46,757 bases of DNA from an uncultured Nocardioidaceae bacterium (GCA_964385195.1 CAYLOC010000001.1:1-46757), one strand, 5' to 3'; numbered from the stretch's first letter, positions 17,733 to 28,522 are shown. The notes: generated by a model from the sequence alone, not told the origin. Translations and numbers: made by a program.

Positions 17733-18803
17733 TCAGCCGGGAGCGTAATCGCCGCTCAACCGGACCCGTCCCCCGGATTCGCCGGCGACAGCACCGCACA
17801 CCCAGGCGGTCAGTGCATGTGCCCGGAGCGTCGCCACGACCTCGTCGGCCGTCTCTGGTGCCGCCACGACCACCAGACCCACCCCCATGTTCAGGGTCTG
17901 CTCCAGGTCGGCCCGCGACACGGACCCCACTCGTCCGACCAGAGTAAACACCGGGAGCGGGGTCCAGGTACGGCGGTCCACGACCGCTTCCACGTCCGGC
18001 GGGAGCACTCGCTGCAGGTTCGCAGCGAGCCCGCCCCCGGTCACATGCGCCATTGCGCGGGTCCCGGCAAGCCGCGCAACGTCCAGGCAGGCGGGAGCGT
18101 AGATCGTGGTCGGCTCCAGCAGCTCCTCCCCCAGTGATCGCTGGAGCTCAGGAACCTCCCGGTCCAGCTCCCACCGGGCGTCCTCAAGCAGCACCCGGCG
18201 TACCAGGGAGTAGCCGTTGGCGTGCAGACCGGAGGAACCGACCGCGACCAGGACGTCTCCGGCGCGTACCCGGTCGGGTCCGAGCATGGCGTCGGCCTCC
18301 ACGACTCCGGTAGCAGCCCCGGCGACGTCGTACTCATCCGGCCCGAGTAGCCCAGGGTGCTCGGCGGTCTCACCACCCAGCAGGGCGCACCCGGCTTCCG
18401 CGCACGCGGCGGCGATGCCGCTGACGATCGCGGCCACCCGCTCGGGAACGACCCGCCCGCACGCGATGTAGTCGGTCAGGAACAACGGCTCGGCGCCACA
18501 CACGACCAGGTCGTCCACACACATGGCCACCAGGTCGAAGCCGAGCGTGTCGTGGCGGTCCATCGCCTGCGCGATCGCCACCTTCGTCCCGACCCCGTCG
18601 GTGCTGCTCGCCAGCAGCGGACGGCGGTACCGGTGGAGGGCGCTGGCGTCGAACAGCCCCGCGAAGCCGCCGATGCCTCCCACGACCTCCGGGCGCTGCG
18701 CCTTCTCCACCGACTGCCGCATCAGTGCGACGGCTCGGTCCCCTTCGGCGACCGAGACACCGGCCGCGGCGTAGGCACCGCCGGCGCGGTCGGATCCGCT
18801 CAC
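17733..18803 (-). CDS. purM: phosphoribosylformylglycinamidine cyclo-ligase (AIR synthetase)
   Basis: Motifs GGIGGFAGLFD and STDGVGTKVAIA. Start moved to GTG 18803, which overlaps the purF stop (GTGA). The 105 upstream codons of the track ORF overlap purF. Confidence 0.93.
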   Translation of the reverse strand: MSGSDRAGGAYAAAGVSVAEGDRAVALMRQSVEKAQRPEVVGGIGGFAGLFDASALHRYRRPLLASSTDGVGTKVAIAQAMDRHDTLGFDLVAMCVDDLVVCGAEPLFLTDYIACGRVVPERVAAIVSGIAAACAEAGCALLGGETAEHPGLLGPDEYDVAGAATGVVEADAMLGPDRVRAGDVLVAVGSSGLHANGYSLVRRVLLEDARWELDREVPELQRSLGEELLEPTTIYAPACLDVARLAGTRAMAHVTGGGLAANLQRVLPPDVEAVVDRRTWTPLPVFTLVGRVGSVSRADLEQTLNMGVGLVVVAAPETADEVVATLRAHALTAWVCGAVAGESGGRVRLSGDYAPG

Positions 18804-20344
18804 GGGCGGCGGAGGCTGTCGGCAGCGCCACCGCCGACGGCGGCGCTGGCCAGGCCGTCGGGGCGCGGGGCTGCGGCGGTGAGCTCCAGGGGGTACGTGT
18901 CCCGGTCCTGCCCGGCGGGCGTCCCCAGCGGGTACTCGCCGTCGAAACACGCCCGGCACAGCTGGTGCTTGGCCACCCCGGAGGACGCGATCAGCGCGTC
19001 GAGGGACACGTACCCCAGCGAGTCCGCGCCGATGGAACGGCCGATCTCCTCCGCGGTCATGGCGGCTCCGACCAGCTCGGCCTTGGTCGCGAAGTCGATC
19101 CCGTAGAAACACGGCCACTTCATCGGGGGGCTCGCGATGCGCACGTGGACCTCTCGTGCCCCGGCCTCCCGCAGCATCCGCACCTGGGCTCGCTGGGTGT
19201 TCCCCCGGACGATCGAGTCGTCGACGACGACCAGCCGCTGGCCCTCCACCACGTCACGCAGGGCGTTGAGCTTCAACCGGATACCGAGTTGCCGGATGGT
19301 GTCGCTGGGCTGGATGAACGTACGCCCCACGTAGGAGTTCTTGACGAACCCCTGGCCATAGGGGATCTTGCTCTCCTGGGCGTAGCCGATCGCCGCCGGC
19401 GTGCCGGACTCGGGCACCGGGATCACCAGGTCGGCGTCGACGGGGTGCTCTCGGGCCAGCGCCCGGCCGATCTCGGTACGGACGCTGTGTACCCGGTGGC
19501 CGCTGACCACGGTGTCCGGTCGGGCGAGGTAGACGAACTCGAACAGGCACCCCTTGGGTGTCGGCGGTGCGAACTGCCGGCTGCGGACGCCGTTCTCGTC
19601 GATGGCCAGGAGCTCGCCCGGGGCCACGTCGCGAACATACCCGGCCCCGACGATGTCCAGTGCCGCGGTCTCGGAGGCCACCACCCAGCCGCGTTCCAGC
19701 CGCCCCAGCACCAGCGGCCGCACCCCGTAGGGGTCGCGGGCGGCGTACAGCGTCCCCTCATCCATGAACGTGAAGCAGTACGCACCGGCGAGCATCGGGA
19801 ACAGGTCCGCGGCGGCATCTTCCAGCGACCGGTCGGCGTACGTCGAGAGCAGCGCGGTGACCAGCTCGGTGTCGCTGGAGTCGGTGTGGCCGTTCCCGAC
19901 CCGCACGCCCAGTCCGCGCCTCGCGCGCTCTTCGGAGAGGGCGGCCAGTTCGGGGGAGTTGGTCAGGTTGCCGTTGTGACACAGGGCGAGCGAGCCGGCC
20001 GGCGTCGGCCGGAACGTCGGCTGCGAGTTCGCCCACACGCTGGCCCCGGTAGTGGAGTAGCGGGTGTGCCCGATCGCGAGGTGACCTTTCAGAGTCTCCA
20101 GCGTTGGCTCGTCGAACACCTGCGAGACCAGGCCCATGTCCTTGTAGACCAGGATCTGCTCACCATTACTGGCCGCGATCCCGGCCGACTCCTGTCCCCG
20201 GTGTTGCAGGGCGTACAGGCCGAAGTAGGTCAGTTTGGCCACGTCCTCGCCCGGTGCCCACACGCCGAAAACGCCGCAGGCATCCTGCGGTCCGGGGTGC
20301 TGGGGGTCGATCTCGTGGGTGAGGCGTCCGTCTCCGCGAGGCAC
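18800..20344 (-). CDS. purF: amidophosphoribosyltransferase
   Basis: Propeptide followed by the nucleophile Cys in CGVFGVWAP. PRTase motif RLVVVDDSIVRGNT. C-terminal Cys residues consistent with the Fe-S type. Confidence 0.93.
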   Translation of the reverse strand: MPRGDGRLTHEIDPQHPGPQDACGVFGVWAPGEDVAKLTYFGLYALQHRGQESAGIAASNGEQILVYKDMGLVSQVFDEPTLETLKGHLAIGHTRYSTTGASVWANSQPTFRPTPAGSLALCHNGNLTNSPELAALSEERARRGLGVRVGNGHTDSSDTELVTALLSTYADRSLEDAAADLFPMLAGAYCFTFMDEGTLYAARDPYGVRPLVLGRLERGWVVASETAALDIVGAGYVRDVAPGELLAIDENGVRSRQFAPPTPKGCLFEFVYLARPDTVVSGHRVHSVRTEIGRALAREHPVDADLVIPVPESGTPAAIGYAQESKIPYGQGFVKNSYVGRTFIQPSDTIRQLGIRLKLNALRDVVEGQRLVVVDDSIVRGNTQRAQVRMLREAGAREVHVRIASPPMKWPCFYGIDFATKAELVGAAMTAEEIGRSIGADSLGYVSLDALIASSGVAKHQLCRACFDGEYPLGTPAGQDRDTYPLELTAAAPRPDGLASAAVGGGAADSLRRP

Positions 20345-20353
20345 GGCCTCAGT

Positions 20354-21694
20354 CTAGGTGGTGGCCAGGTTGCGAAGAAGCAGCGCCTCCGCGTGACACA
20401 CGCGGGCGAACTCTCCCAGGTGCAGGCCCTCGTTGGCGCCGTGCGCACGAGTGTCCGGGTCCTCGACGCCGGTGACCAGGATCGCCGCGTCCGGGAAGAT
20501 CTGTGCGAACTCGGCGATGAACGGGATCGACCCGCCGACGCCCATGTCCACCGGTGCGGTTCCGTCCCACGCCTTCGTGAACGCGGCGCGGGCGGCATCG
20601 TACGCCGGCCCGGTGGCGTCGACCGCGAACGGCTCACCGGAGTCTTCGTGGCCGAACGTGACGTGCGCGCCCCACGGCGCGTGCGCGACCAGGTGCTGCT
20701 TCAGGCGCTCCAGCGCCTGGGCGGCGTGATCGCCGGGGGCGACCCGCAGACTCACCTTGGCCCGTGCCGTCGGCAGCAGGGTGTTGCTGGCATCGGCGAC
20801 CCGGGTAGCGTCCAGCGCCACGACCGATATCGCCGGCCGCGTCCAGAGCCGGGACACCACCGAGCCGCTGCCGATGAGCTGTACGCCGTCCGGGATGCCG
20901 GCCTCGGCCCGCACCCGCTCCTCGGGATAGTCCAGGTCGGCGGCCGGCCCGGAGACGAGCCCGTCGACCGCGACGTTTCCCGCCTCGTCGTGCAACGTGG
21001 CAAGCAGCCGGCACAGTGCGGTCAGCGCGTCCGGCGCCACTCCTCCCCACATTCCGGAGTGGACGGCATGGTGCAGCGTCCGCAGCTCGACCACGACGCT
21101 GGCCATGCCGCGCAAGGAGGTGGTGAGCGCCGGCGTACCGATGTCCCAGTTGCCGGAGTCGGCGATCACGATCGCGTCGCTGGCGAGCAGGTCGCGGTGC
21201 TCGGCGAGAATCGCCGACAGCGAGGGCGAACCGGACTCCTCCTCGCCCTCGACGAACACGGTGACCCCGACCGGGAGGTTGGCGGCACCGTGAGCACGGA
21301 TCGCGGCCAGGTGGGCAGCAACCCCTGCCTTGTCGTCGGCCGCGCCCCGACCGAACAGACGGCCATCACGCTCGACCGGCTCGAACGGGAGCGAGTCCCA
21401 CGCATGGTGGCTGCCCTCCGGCTGGACGTCGTGGTGGGCGTACAACAGCACCGTGGGTTGGCCCGGAGGTGCGGGTTTGCGGGCGATCACCGCGGGCAGC
21501 CCGTCGCCGATCTGCACCGTCTGGGTGTCCAGTCCCTCGGCCTCGAACAGGGCCGCCACGGCTGCGGCGGACCGGCGTACCTCGTCGTGCCGGTTCGGGT
21601 CCGCCCCGACGGACTGGATGCGGACGAGGGACTCCAGGTCGGCCCGCACCTGCGGAAGAACACGGTCAACGGCAGCACGTAGGTCTTCGCTCAT
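20354..21694 (-). CDS. M20-family dipeptidase / peptidase
   Basis: 446 aa. [12 protein letters not shown] and downstream [10 protein letters not shown] metal-site motifs are typical of M20 (ArgE/DapE/dipeptidase) enzymes. Confidence 0.85.
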   Translation of the reverse strand: MSEDLRAAVDRVLPQVRADLESLVRIQSVGADPNRHDEVRRSAAAVAALFEAEGLDTQTVQIGDGLPAVIARKPAPPGQPTVLLYAHHDVQPEGSHHAWDSLPFEPVERDGRLFGRGAADDKAGVAAHLAAIRAHGAANLPVGVTVFVEGEEESGSPSLSAILAEHRDLLASDAIVIADSGNWDIGTPALTTSLRGMASVVVELRTLHHAVHSGMWGGVAPDALTALCRLLATLHDEAGNVAVDGLVSGPAADLDYPEERVRAEAGIPDGVQLIGSGSVVSRLWTRPAISVVALDATRVADASNTLLPTARAKVSLRVAPGDHAAQALERLKQHLVAHAPWGAHVTFGHEDSGEPFAVDATGPAYDAARAAFTKAWDGTAPVDMGVGGSIPFIAEFAQIFPDAAILVTGVEDPDTRAHGANEGLHLGEFARVCHAEALLLRNLATT

Positions 21695-21712
21695 GACGGG
21701 GATGCTATCGAC

Positions 21713-22087
21713 TCAGGTCAGCGGCAGGTACGCCGAGAGGTCCGACCGCTCCCCCGAGGCCCGGACGCTGCCGTCGTGGACCGCCTCCGCGAACCGGCTC
21801 TCCCCGCGCGCGAGCCGCAGCCAGGTGGCGGCGTCGGTCTCCACCACGGCCGGCGGGGTTCCGCGGGTATGGCGAGCACCTTCGATGCACTGCACCGCCG
21901 CATACGGCGGGACCCGCACTTCCACGCTCTTGCCCGGATGCCGCTCGGCGAGTACCGCCAGGAAGTGCTGCACCGCCGTACGGACGTCCGCATCGTCCGG
22001 CCGCCCGCCGGTGGTCACCGAGAGGTCCAGTCGCTCCAGCAACGCCGCGGCCTCGGAGGGGGAAAGGGGGCGCAGACGGCGGGCCAC
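21713..22087 (-). CDS. sterol carrier family protein (small actinobacterial protein of unknown function)
   Basis: 124 aa. VEVRVPPYAAVQCIEGARHTRGTPPAVVETD...SGERSDLSAYLPL matches my recollection of the family commonly found near purF in actinobacteria. Confidence 0.7.
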   Translation of the reverse strand: MARRLRPLSPSEAAALLERLDLSVTTGGRPDDADVRTAVQHFLAVLAERHPGKSVEVRVPPYAAVQCIEGARHTRGTPPAVVETDAATWLRLARGESRFAEAVHDGSVRASGERSDLSAYLPLT

Positions 22088-22137
22088 GGACTCAGCATAT
22101 TCCGCAGCGTGCAGCGGTCATGCTGTTCCCCCGGGTG

Positions 22138-23247
22138 TTACCCGGCCTCGTCCTCGGCCAGACGGTTGCTCCACCGTTGCTCCACACCACCGAGCTTCCA
22201 CACCGCGATCGCCAGTGCCCAGGCGAGCACGAAGACGACCACGATCCCGTACCCGACGTAGTTCAGGTCCAGCCCCCCGATCCAGCCGATCGGGCCGCCG
22301 GTGACCCCGGTCTTGGCGGAGATGACGCCGATCACCTCGATCAGGCCGATCACCAGCGCCACGACGACGGAGACGGTGGTCACCGCCATGTTGTAGAAGA
22401 CCTTGCGGACCGGCCGGGCGAACGCCCATCCGTACGCGGAGTTCATGAACGCACCGTCGGTGGTGTCCAGCAAGGACATGCCGGCGGTGAACAGAATCGG
22501 CAGCACCAGTACGGCGTACCAGGGCAGTCCACCCGCCACTGCGGTCCCGGCGATGGCAAGCAGTGCGATCTCACTGACGGTGTCGAAGCCGAAGCCGAAC
22601 AGGACGCCGATGGGATAGATGTGCACGGGCTTGGTGACGAACTTCATCAGGCCGCCGAAGAAGCGGTTCATCAAGCCCCGTTTGGCCAGCTGCTCCTCCA
22701 GCTCGGCCTCGTCATAGCGTCCCTCGCGCATCCGGCGGAAGACGCCGATGATCCCGAACAGCACGACGAGGTTGAGGATCCCGATGATGATCAGGAAGAC
22801 GCCGGAGACCGACGCGCCGAAGAGGCCGGCATAGCGCGACACGAACGAGTCGGAGCTGGTGACCTCGCTGGTGAGCGCACGGACGCCGAACGCGATCAGG
22901 CCGACCATCACCACGACCACCGTGGAGTGGCCGAGGGAGAACCAGAATCCGACCGACAGCGGCTGTTTCCCGCGATCCTCACGGATCTTCCGGGTCGTGT
23001 TGTCGATCGCGGCGATGTGGTCGGCGTCGAACGCGTGCCGCATCCCCAGCGTGTAGGCAGTCAGGCCGAGACCGATCCCGAATGCCTCGCCGCCGACGTT
23101 GTAGTCACCGGGGACGACGAACAGCAGCAGGGTCCCCCAGCCGAGCACGTGCAACAGCGCGATGAAGCCGTACATCCCCAGGTAGGAGCGCCACTGCTCC
23201 CGGCCCACCCGCGACCGCACCCGTTCCGGAGCCATCAACTGCTGCAT
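22138..23247 (-). CDS. HoxN/HupN/NixA-family nickel/cobalt transporter (NiCoT)
   Basis: Signature RHAFDADHIAAIDNTTRK and about eight hydrophobic spans. Start trimmed to ATG 23247 because the longer ORF overlaps the purL 3-prime end. Confidence 0.85.
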   Translation of the reverse strand: MQQLMAPERVRSRVGREQWRSYLGMYGFIALLHVLGWGTLLLFVVPGDYNVGGEAFGIGLGLTAYTLGMRHAFDADHIAAIDNTTRKIREDRGKQPLSVGFWFSLGHSTVVVVMVGLIAFGVRALTSEVTSSDSFVSRYAGLFGASVSGVFLIIIGILNLVVLFGIIGVFRRMREGRYDEAELEEQLAKRGLMNRFFGGLMKFVTKPVHIYPIGVLFGFGFDTVSEIALLAIAGTAVAGGLPWYAVLVLPILFTAGMSLLDTTDGAFMNSAYGWAFARPVRKVFYNMAVTTVSVVVALVIGLIEVIGVISAKTGVTGGPIGWIGGLDLNYVGYGIVVVFVLAWALAIAVWKLGGVEQRWSNRLAEDEAG

Positions 23248-23305
23248 GATGAACGACCCTACCTGCGAAGAGGTTGCTGTTGCAAGATGTTCGCAATTAG
23301 CCGCT

Positions 23306-25588
23306 TCAGCCGAAGATGCGCGGCAGGGTCGCGGACCAGACATCGCGGATCTCGGCCAGCGGCAGCGTGAACTGCCCGTGCACCGCTAGCGCGGCACCGT
23401 CCCCTCCGTCGGTGGTGGTGCCCAACGGCGTCACCGGGACGCCGTCCCGACGGCACCGATCGATGACCGCGTCGGCGGACTCCGGCGCCGTCGCGACGAC
23501 AGCGCGCGCGGCGGACTCGGCGAACAGGGCGACGAACGGGTCGAGCGCGTCCGGCAGCTCGACCTCGACACCGACACCGCAGCGGAGGCAGGACTCCACC
23601 AGCGCCTGCGCCAGCCCGCCCTCGGACAGGTCGTGCGCGGCCGCCAGCAGGCCCTCGGCCGCTGACTGCACGAGTACGTCGGCCAGCCGTCGCTCCGCGT
23701 CCAGGTCGACCCGGGGTGGTCGCCCGCCGAGGTGGCCGTGCACGGTGCGCGCCCATTCCGAGCCGTCCAGCTCGTCCCGGGTCGCACCGAGCAGGAGCAC
23801 CGGCCTGCGGGTGCCGTCGTCCGGCCAGCCCATCGGCGTACGGCGGCTCACGTCGTCGAGGACACCGAGCACGCCGACGACCGGGGTGGGCAGGATCGGG
23901 GTGTCGCCGGTCTGGTTGTAGAGGCTGACGTTGCCGCCGGTGACCGGCACCTCCAAGGTCCGGCACGCGTCGGCCAACCCGCGGCATGCCTCGGCGAACT
24001 GCCACATCACCTCCGGGTCCTCCGGGGAGCCGAAGTTGAGGCAGTCGGTCGCCGCGAGCGGGCGGGCGCCGCAGGTGGCCACGTTGCGGTACGCCTCGGC
24101 CGCCGCCAGCTGTGCCCCGGCATAGGGGTCGAGCCGGGCGAACCGGCCGTTCCCGTCCAGCGCCAGCGCCACCCCCAGGCGGGTGGACTCGTCCACGCGG
24201 ATCACCCCGGCGTCCTCGGGCTGGGCGAGGGCCGTGTTGCCGCGGACGTAGCGGTCGTACTGGTCGGTGACCCAGGACCGGTCGCACAGCCCGGCGCCGC
24301 CGAGCATGCACAGCAGGGCCTCCCGCAGGCCGGCGCCGTCGCGGGGACGCGGCAGGCGTGCCGTCGTGTCCGCTGCCAGGGCATCCTGGTCACCGGGTCG
24401 CGTATACGGCCGCTGGTAGACCGGGCCTTCGTGTGCCACGGTGCGGGGTGGGACGTCGACGATCGTCTCGCCGTACCAGTCGACCGTGAGCCGGCCGGAG
24501 TCGTCGACCTCGCCGATGACCGTGGCGTCGACCTCCCACTTGGCGCAGATCTTCATGAACCGTTCGACGGCACCGGGCGGGACGACGGCCATCATCCGCT
24601 CCTGTGACTCGCTCATCAAGATCTCCTCCGGCGCCAGGGAGGCGTCCCGGAGCGGTACCCGGTCCAGCCAGATGTGCATGCCGCCGTCGCCGGCACTGGC
24701 CAGCTCCGATGTCGCACAGGACAGCCCGGCCCCTCCCAAGTCCTGGATCCCGGTGACCAGCCGCGCGGCGAACAGCTCCAAGGTGCACTCGATCAGCAGC
24801 TTCTCCATGAACGGGTCACCGACCTGGACGCTGGGTCGCTTCGCGGGACCACTGCTGCGGAACGTCTCCGAGGCGAGCACGGAGACGCCGCCGATACCGT
24901 CGCCGCCGGTCCTCGCGCCGTACAGGATGACCTGGTTCCCGGCACCGGATGCGGCGGCACGCTGGATCTCGTCATGCCGCAGTACGCCGACGCACAGCGC
25001 GTTCACCAGCGGGTTCCCCGCGTAGGAGGCGTCGAACCCGGTCTCGCCGCCGATGTTCGGCAGGCCGAGGCAGTTTCCGTACCCGCCGACCCCGGCCACG
25101 ACCCCGGGGAGTACTCGCTGGGTATCGGGTGCCTCCAACGGCCCGAACCGCAACGAGTCCAGGACGGCGACCGGTCGCGCCCCCATCGCGAGGATGTCGC
25201 GGACGATGCCGCCGACGCCGGTGGCTGCGCCCTGGTAGGGCTCCACGTAGGAGGGGTGGTTGTGCGACTCCACCTTGAAGGTCACGGCGTACCCGTCGCC
25301 GATGTCGACCACGCCCGCGTTCTCTCCCATACCCACCATCAGGCGGTCCCGCATGGTGTCGGTCAGGCCCTCGCCGAACTGGCGCAGATGTGCCTTGGAG
25401 GACTTGTAGGAGCAGTGTTCACTCCACATCACCGAGTACATCGCCAGTTCCGACGACGTGGCGCGACGGCCCAGGATCTCCCGGAGCTGGGCGTACTCCT
25501 CGGCCTTCAGTCCCAGCTGTTCCCACGGCTGGGCGGTATCGGGGGTGGCTCGAGCGTGCTCGACGGTGTCCAGGGACGGGGCGGTCAC
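23306..25588 (-). CDS. purL: phosphoribosylformylglycinamidine synthase subunit PurL (FGAM synthase II)
   Basis: 760 aa. Contains [12 protein letters not shown] and duplicated PurM-like domains. Belongs to the small-PurL type that works with PurQ and PurS. Confidence 0.95.
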   Translation of the reverse strand: MTAPSLDTVEHARATPDTAQPWEQLGLKAEEYAQLREILGRRATSSELAMYSVMWSEHCSYKSSKAHLRQFGEGLTDTMRDRLMVGMGENAGVVDIGDGYAVTFKVESHNHPSYVEPYQGAATGVGGIVRDILAMGARPVAVLDSLRFGPLEAPDTQRVLPGVVAGVGGYGNCLGLPNIGGETGFDASYAGNPLVNALCVGVLRHDEIQRAAASGAGNQVILYGARTGGDGIGGVSVLASETFRSSGPAKRPSVQVGDPFMEKLLIECTLELFAARLVTGIQDLGGAGLSCATSELASAGDGGMHIWLDRVPLRDASLAPEEILMSESQERMMAVVPPGAVERFMKICAKWEVDATVIGEVDDSGRLTVDWYGETIVDVPPRTVAHEGPVYQRPYTRPGDQDALAADTTARLPRPRDGAGLREALLCMLGGAGLCDRSWVTDQYDRYVRGNTALAQPEDAGVIRVDESTRLGVALALDGNGRFARLDPYAGAQLAAAEAYRNVATCGARPLAATDCLNFGSPEDPEVMWQFAEACRGLADACRTLEVPVTGGNVSLYNQTGDTPILPTPVVGVLGVLDDVSRRTPMGWPDDGTRRPVLLLGATRDELDGSEWARTVHGHLGGRPPRVDLDAERRLADVLVQSAAEGLLAAAHDLSEGGLAQALVESCLRCGVGVEVELPDALDPFVALFAESAARAVVATAPESADAVIDRCRRDGVPVTPLGTTTDGGDGAALAVHGQFTLPLAEIRDVWSATLPRIFG

Positions 25589-25597
25589 CCGGTTAGG

Positions 25598-27235
25598 CTA
25601 CCGAGTGCGGAGATGGGCCGCCTTCCAGCATTGTCTGCCGCCGTGACAGTCCTGCATCGCGTGCAGCGCGGAGGCGAGTTCGTGGTGCAGGCTCGCTGGC
25701 ATGCTGCCCGCCCGGTTGTCCATCTCCCAGGGGTCGGTACGCAGGTTGTAGTACTCCTGTGCGCCGGTGACGTACTCGACGTACAGCGAGTCGTGGGTGC
25801 GGATCGCTGCGTAGGAGGGCGGGTTGCCGGAGTGCTTGCCGGGGAAGTCGGGGTCGGACGGGTCGGTGTCCGGCCCGTGGTGTTCGACCAGCACCGCATC
25901 CCGCCAGTTCTTCGGGTGCTTCCCGCGGATCCACGGAGCGAGGCTGCGGCCGTCGACATCAGCGGGGATCGTGGCACCGCCGAGGTCTTCGAACGTCGGG
26001 CACATGTCGATGTTCGCCGTCATCGCGTCCACCTTCTTACCAGCCGGTACGCCGGGGCCGACGACGACCAGCGGCACCCGGATGTCGGTGTCGAACGCGG
26101 TCTGCTTCCCCGCACGCAGCTCGTGCTCCCCGAGGTGGTAGCCGTTGTCGGAGCTGAAGATGATGTAGGTCTCGCGCTGCAGGTGCAGGTTCCACACCAG
26201 TTTCTCCAGGCGCCCGATCATGCGGTCCACTGCCTGCACCGACCGCACCCGCTTGCGGAACTCCGCATTGGTGCGGCGCTCCTCCTGCTGCGTCATCGCC
26301 GGGAAACCGCTCAGCCACGACGTGGCGTTGCGAACCGGTTGGGCGTACGCCGGGCTGCGCGGCGCCCGGAGCCAGGGGAACTTGTGCAGATCCTGCTTCG
26401 CCGGAGTGAACGGCCGGTGGGGGGCATAGGTGGCGACCTCCAGCATGAACGGCTTGTCGGTCCGTGCAGACTGTCGGACGAACCTCGCGGCGTGGTTCGA
26501 CAGCACTGTGGTGGAGTAGTCCCGGGGCGACGTGCCGTAGTGGGTGAGCTTCTGGTTGTCAGCCATCCAGTAGTTGTACTGGTTGTAGGCGCCTCCGCTT
26601 TGCGGCATCCACACGTCCCAGCCGGGGCTGACCCACGGCCGATGCCCGTACTCCCAACGGTGTGGCTTGTAACCGTTGAGAAACTTGCCCATGAAGCCGG
26701 TGCGGTAACCCACCTTGTGCAAGGCGGTGGCGAAGGTATGGCCCACGTTGCCGTGGCTGACGTAGGCGTCGAAGCCGCCGTCGGGTGCGGTGTTGTCGAA
26801 CACGCCGGTGTCGTGGGGGAACTTACCGGTCAGGATCGACGACCGCGACGGACAGCACAGCGAGTCGGTGGCGAAGAAATGCGTGAAACTGAGTCCCCGC
26901 CGTTTCATGTCCACCACGTGCGGCATGAAGGGAACCAGATCCGTCGACAGGTCGTCGGTCAGCACGTAGATGATGTTCGGCTGCTTCTTCGGAGGGTTTC
27001 CAACTCCCTGGCCCGTGGCGCCGACCGGCCGGGGACGGACGCGCGGATGCGGAGCCGTCGTGACCGGTTGCTGTGCGTTGACCGTCACCCCGGCCACCTG
27101 TGGCGGCGGCGCCACGTGAGTCTGTCTGGTCACCGCCGTACATGCAGCGACGGTGGCTACCGCCACCGCCAACGCTGCCGCTGCCCCGATCTTCCTGTTG
27201 ACCGCCAAGGCTCTCTCCCCGAAAACTCCGTGCAT
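25598..27235 (-). CDS. Cys-type sulfatase, predicted lipoprotein (N-acetylglucosamine-6-sulfatase-like)
   Basis: Formylglycine motif SLCCPSRSSILTGKFPH. Signal NRKIGAAAALAVAVATVAAC has a lipobox. Start is uncertain: ATG 27235, or TTG 27208 preceded by GGGGAGAGA. The stop lies 9 nt before the purL GTG. Confidence 0.85.
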   Translation of the reverse strand: MHGVFGERALAVNRKIGAAAALAVAVATVAACTAVTRQTHVAPPPQVAGVTVNAQQPVTTAPHPRVRPRPVGATGQGVGNPPKKQPNIIYVLTDDLSTDLVPFMPHVVDMKRRGLSFTHFFATDSLCCPSRSSILTGKFPHDTGVFDNTAPDGGFDAYVSHGNVGHTFATALHKVGYRTGFMGKFLNGYKPHRWEYGHRPWVSPGWDVWMPQSGGAYNQYNYWMADNQKLTHYGTSPRDYSTTVLSNHAARFVRQSARTDKPFMLEVATYAPHRPFTPAKQDLHKFPWLRAPRSPAYAQPVRNATSWLSGFPAMTQQEERRTNAEFRKRVRSVQAVDRMIGRLEKLVWNLHLQRETYIIFSSDNGYHLGEHELRAGKQTAFDTDIRVPLVVVGPGVPAGKKVDAMTANIDMCPTFEDLGGATIPADVDGRSLAPWIRGKHPKNWRDAVLVEHHGPDTDPSDPDFPGKHSGNPPSYAAIRTHDSLYVEYVTGAQEYYNLRTDPWEMDNRAGSMPASLHHELASALHAMQDCHGGRQCWKAAHLRTR

Positions 27236-27255
27236 CCCGACATCGCGGCGCCTGG

Positions 27256-27300
27256 CCATGCACGGGCCGGCGAACCAGACATGTGCATGGTCCCATGCAC
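27256..27300. promoter_or_regulatory. operator-like CCATGCAC / GTGCATGG repeats upstream of the sulfatase
   Basis: CCATGCAC at 27256-27263. An 18-bp palindrome GTGCATGG-TC-CCATGCAC at 27283-27300. Both lie in the purQ-sulfatase spacer. Confidence 0.35.
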
Positions 27301-27352
27301 GCCGCAACATGTGAGCGGCTTTGGCGATAAGAGTGGATAACGATTCAGCTGG

Positions 27353-28021
27353 TCACGCAGCCACGGCATCGGTCGCCGAGGCGAAGAACCCCAGGCCGTC
27401 GGTACCGGCGCCGAACAGGGTGTCGACGGCATGCTCCGGGTGCGGCATCAGGCCGACGATGTTGCCTGCCTCGTTGCATACACCGGCAATGTCGCGCAGG
27501 GAGCCGTTCGGGTTCCCCTCGACGTACCGGGCCACGACCCGGCCCTCGCCCTCCAGCCGGTCGAGCGTCGCATCGTCGGCCACGTACCCGCCCTCCCCGT
27601 TCTTGAGGACGATCGTGACCTCGGCGCCGGCGGCGTAGCGCGAGGTCCAGGCGGTCTCGGTGTTCTCGATCCGGAGCCGCTGGTCGCGGCAGAGGAACCG
27701 CTGGTGGTCGTTCCGGATCAACGCCCCCGGCAGCAGCCCGGACTCACACAGGATCTGGAACCCGTTGCAGATCCCGAGCACCGGCATCCCCCTCGCTGCG
27801 GCAGTCACGACCTCGTCCATCACCGGGGCGAACCGAGCGATGGCACCGCAGCGCAGGTAGTCGCCGTAGGAGAACCCACCGGGGAGGACGACGGCGTCGA
27901 CACCGCGCAGGTCGGCGTCCCCGTGCCACAGCGGCACCGCCTCAGCACCGGCCACGCGGACAGCTCGTTGGGCGTCGGTGTCATCCAGCGAGCCGGGGAA
28001 GGTGACGACGCCGACCCTCAT
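27353..28021 (-). CDS. purQ: phosphoribosylformylglycinamidine synthase subunit PurQ (glutaminase)
   Basis: Class I amidotransferase with nucleophile Cys in [10 protein letters not shown] and the His/Glu pair in MPHPEHAV. Confidence 0.95.
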   Translation of the reverse strand: MRVGVVTFPGSLDDTDAQRAVRVAGAEAVPLWHGDADLRGVDAVVLPGGFSYGDYLRCGAIARFAPVMDEVVTAAARGMPVLGICNGFQILCESGLLPGALIRNDHQRFLCRDQRLRIENTETAWTSRYAAGAEVTIVLKNGEGGYVADDATLDRLEGEGRVVARYVEGNPNGSLRDIAGVCNEAGNIVGLMPHPEHAVDTLFGAGTDGLGFFASATDAVAA

Positions 28022-28296
28022 GCGTCCGCGTCCGCAGACGCCGCCTGCGCCGACGCCTCGACCCGCACCGTGAAGTCCTCGATCACCGGGTTGGACAACA
28101 GCGTCTCCGCGGCCCGCCGCACGTCCGCGAGCCGCTCCTCGGTCGCCGGGCCGTCCAGCTCCAGCTCGAACCGCTTCCCCTGACGCACCGCGCGGATCCC
28201 GGAGAACCCGAGCCGGGGCAATGCACCCTGGACCGCCTTCCCCTGCGGGTCGAGGATCTCCGGCTTCAACATGACGTCGACGACGACGCGTGCCAC
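28018..28296 (-). CDS. purS: phosphoribosylformylglycinamidine synthase subunit PurS
   Basis: [22 protein letters not shown] is the typical PurS N-terminus. GTG 28296 is preceded by AGAGGAG. ATGA overlap with purQ. Confidence 0.9.
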   Translation of the reverse strand: MARVVVDVMLKPEILDPQGKAVQGALPRLGFSGIRAVRQGKRFELELDGPATEERLADVRRAAETLLSNPVIEDFTVRVEASAQAASADADA

Positions 28297-28522
28297 GGGC
28301 GCTCCTCTGCTGATGCGGTCAGGCGGGCGGGTGCAGCCACAGTCTACGGAAGGGCCCCGAGAAAAGTGCGCCCGGAAGGCAACCAAATCCGTCTGGCAGA
28401 CGTCTGTATCAGTGAAACACCGGGGACCTCCTAGGTTTCCGGGGAGACCAGAGCGTGGAAAACGCTCCAGGGGTCCGCACGGTGACTCGGGGGAGCCGCC
28501 CGCGGGCCAAACGGGGGATTGG

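Noticed and set aside
18725-21682. 985-aa ORF on the plus strand; similar giants at 24674-27340 (888 aa), 8216-10717 (833 aa), 32249-34090 (613 aa) and 35122-36429 (435 aa, minus strand)
   Set aside because: All lie antisense to genes with clear family motifs (purF/M20, purL/sulfatase, ABC genes, MMPL, HK/RR). Their translations are Arg/Gly/Pro/His-rich low-complexity strings with no motifs. Long stop-free antisense frames are expected at this GC content.
28429-28507. Partial resemblance on the plus strand to riboswitch consensus blocks. For ykkC/guanidine-I: CUAGGUUUCCGG, GGUCCG, CACGG, GGGGGAGC. For ZTP/pfl: GGGUC..GUGACU..GGGGAGC..CCGCCCGC
   Set aside because: Only fragments of each consensus are present. 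The P1 closure and P3 hairpin of ykkC are missing, as are the P2 hairpin and the CCGCCUGGGC pseudoknot strand of ZTP. The orientation points to the LLM gene rather than the pur operon. The consensus sequences are from memory, so an Infernal search is needed before any claim.
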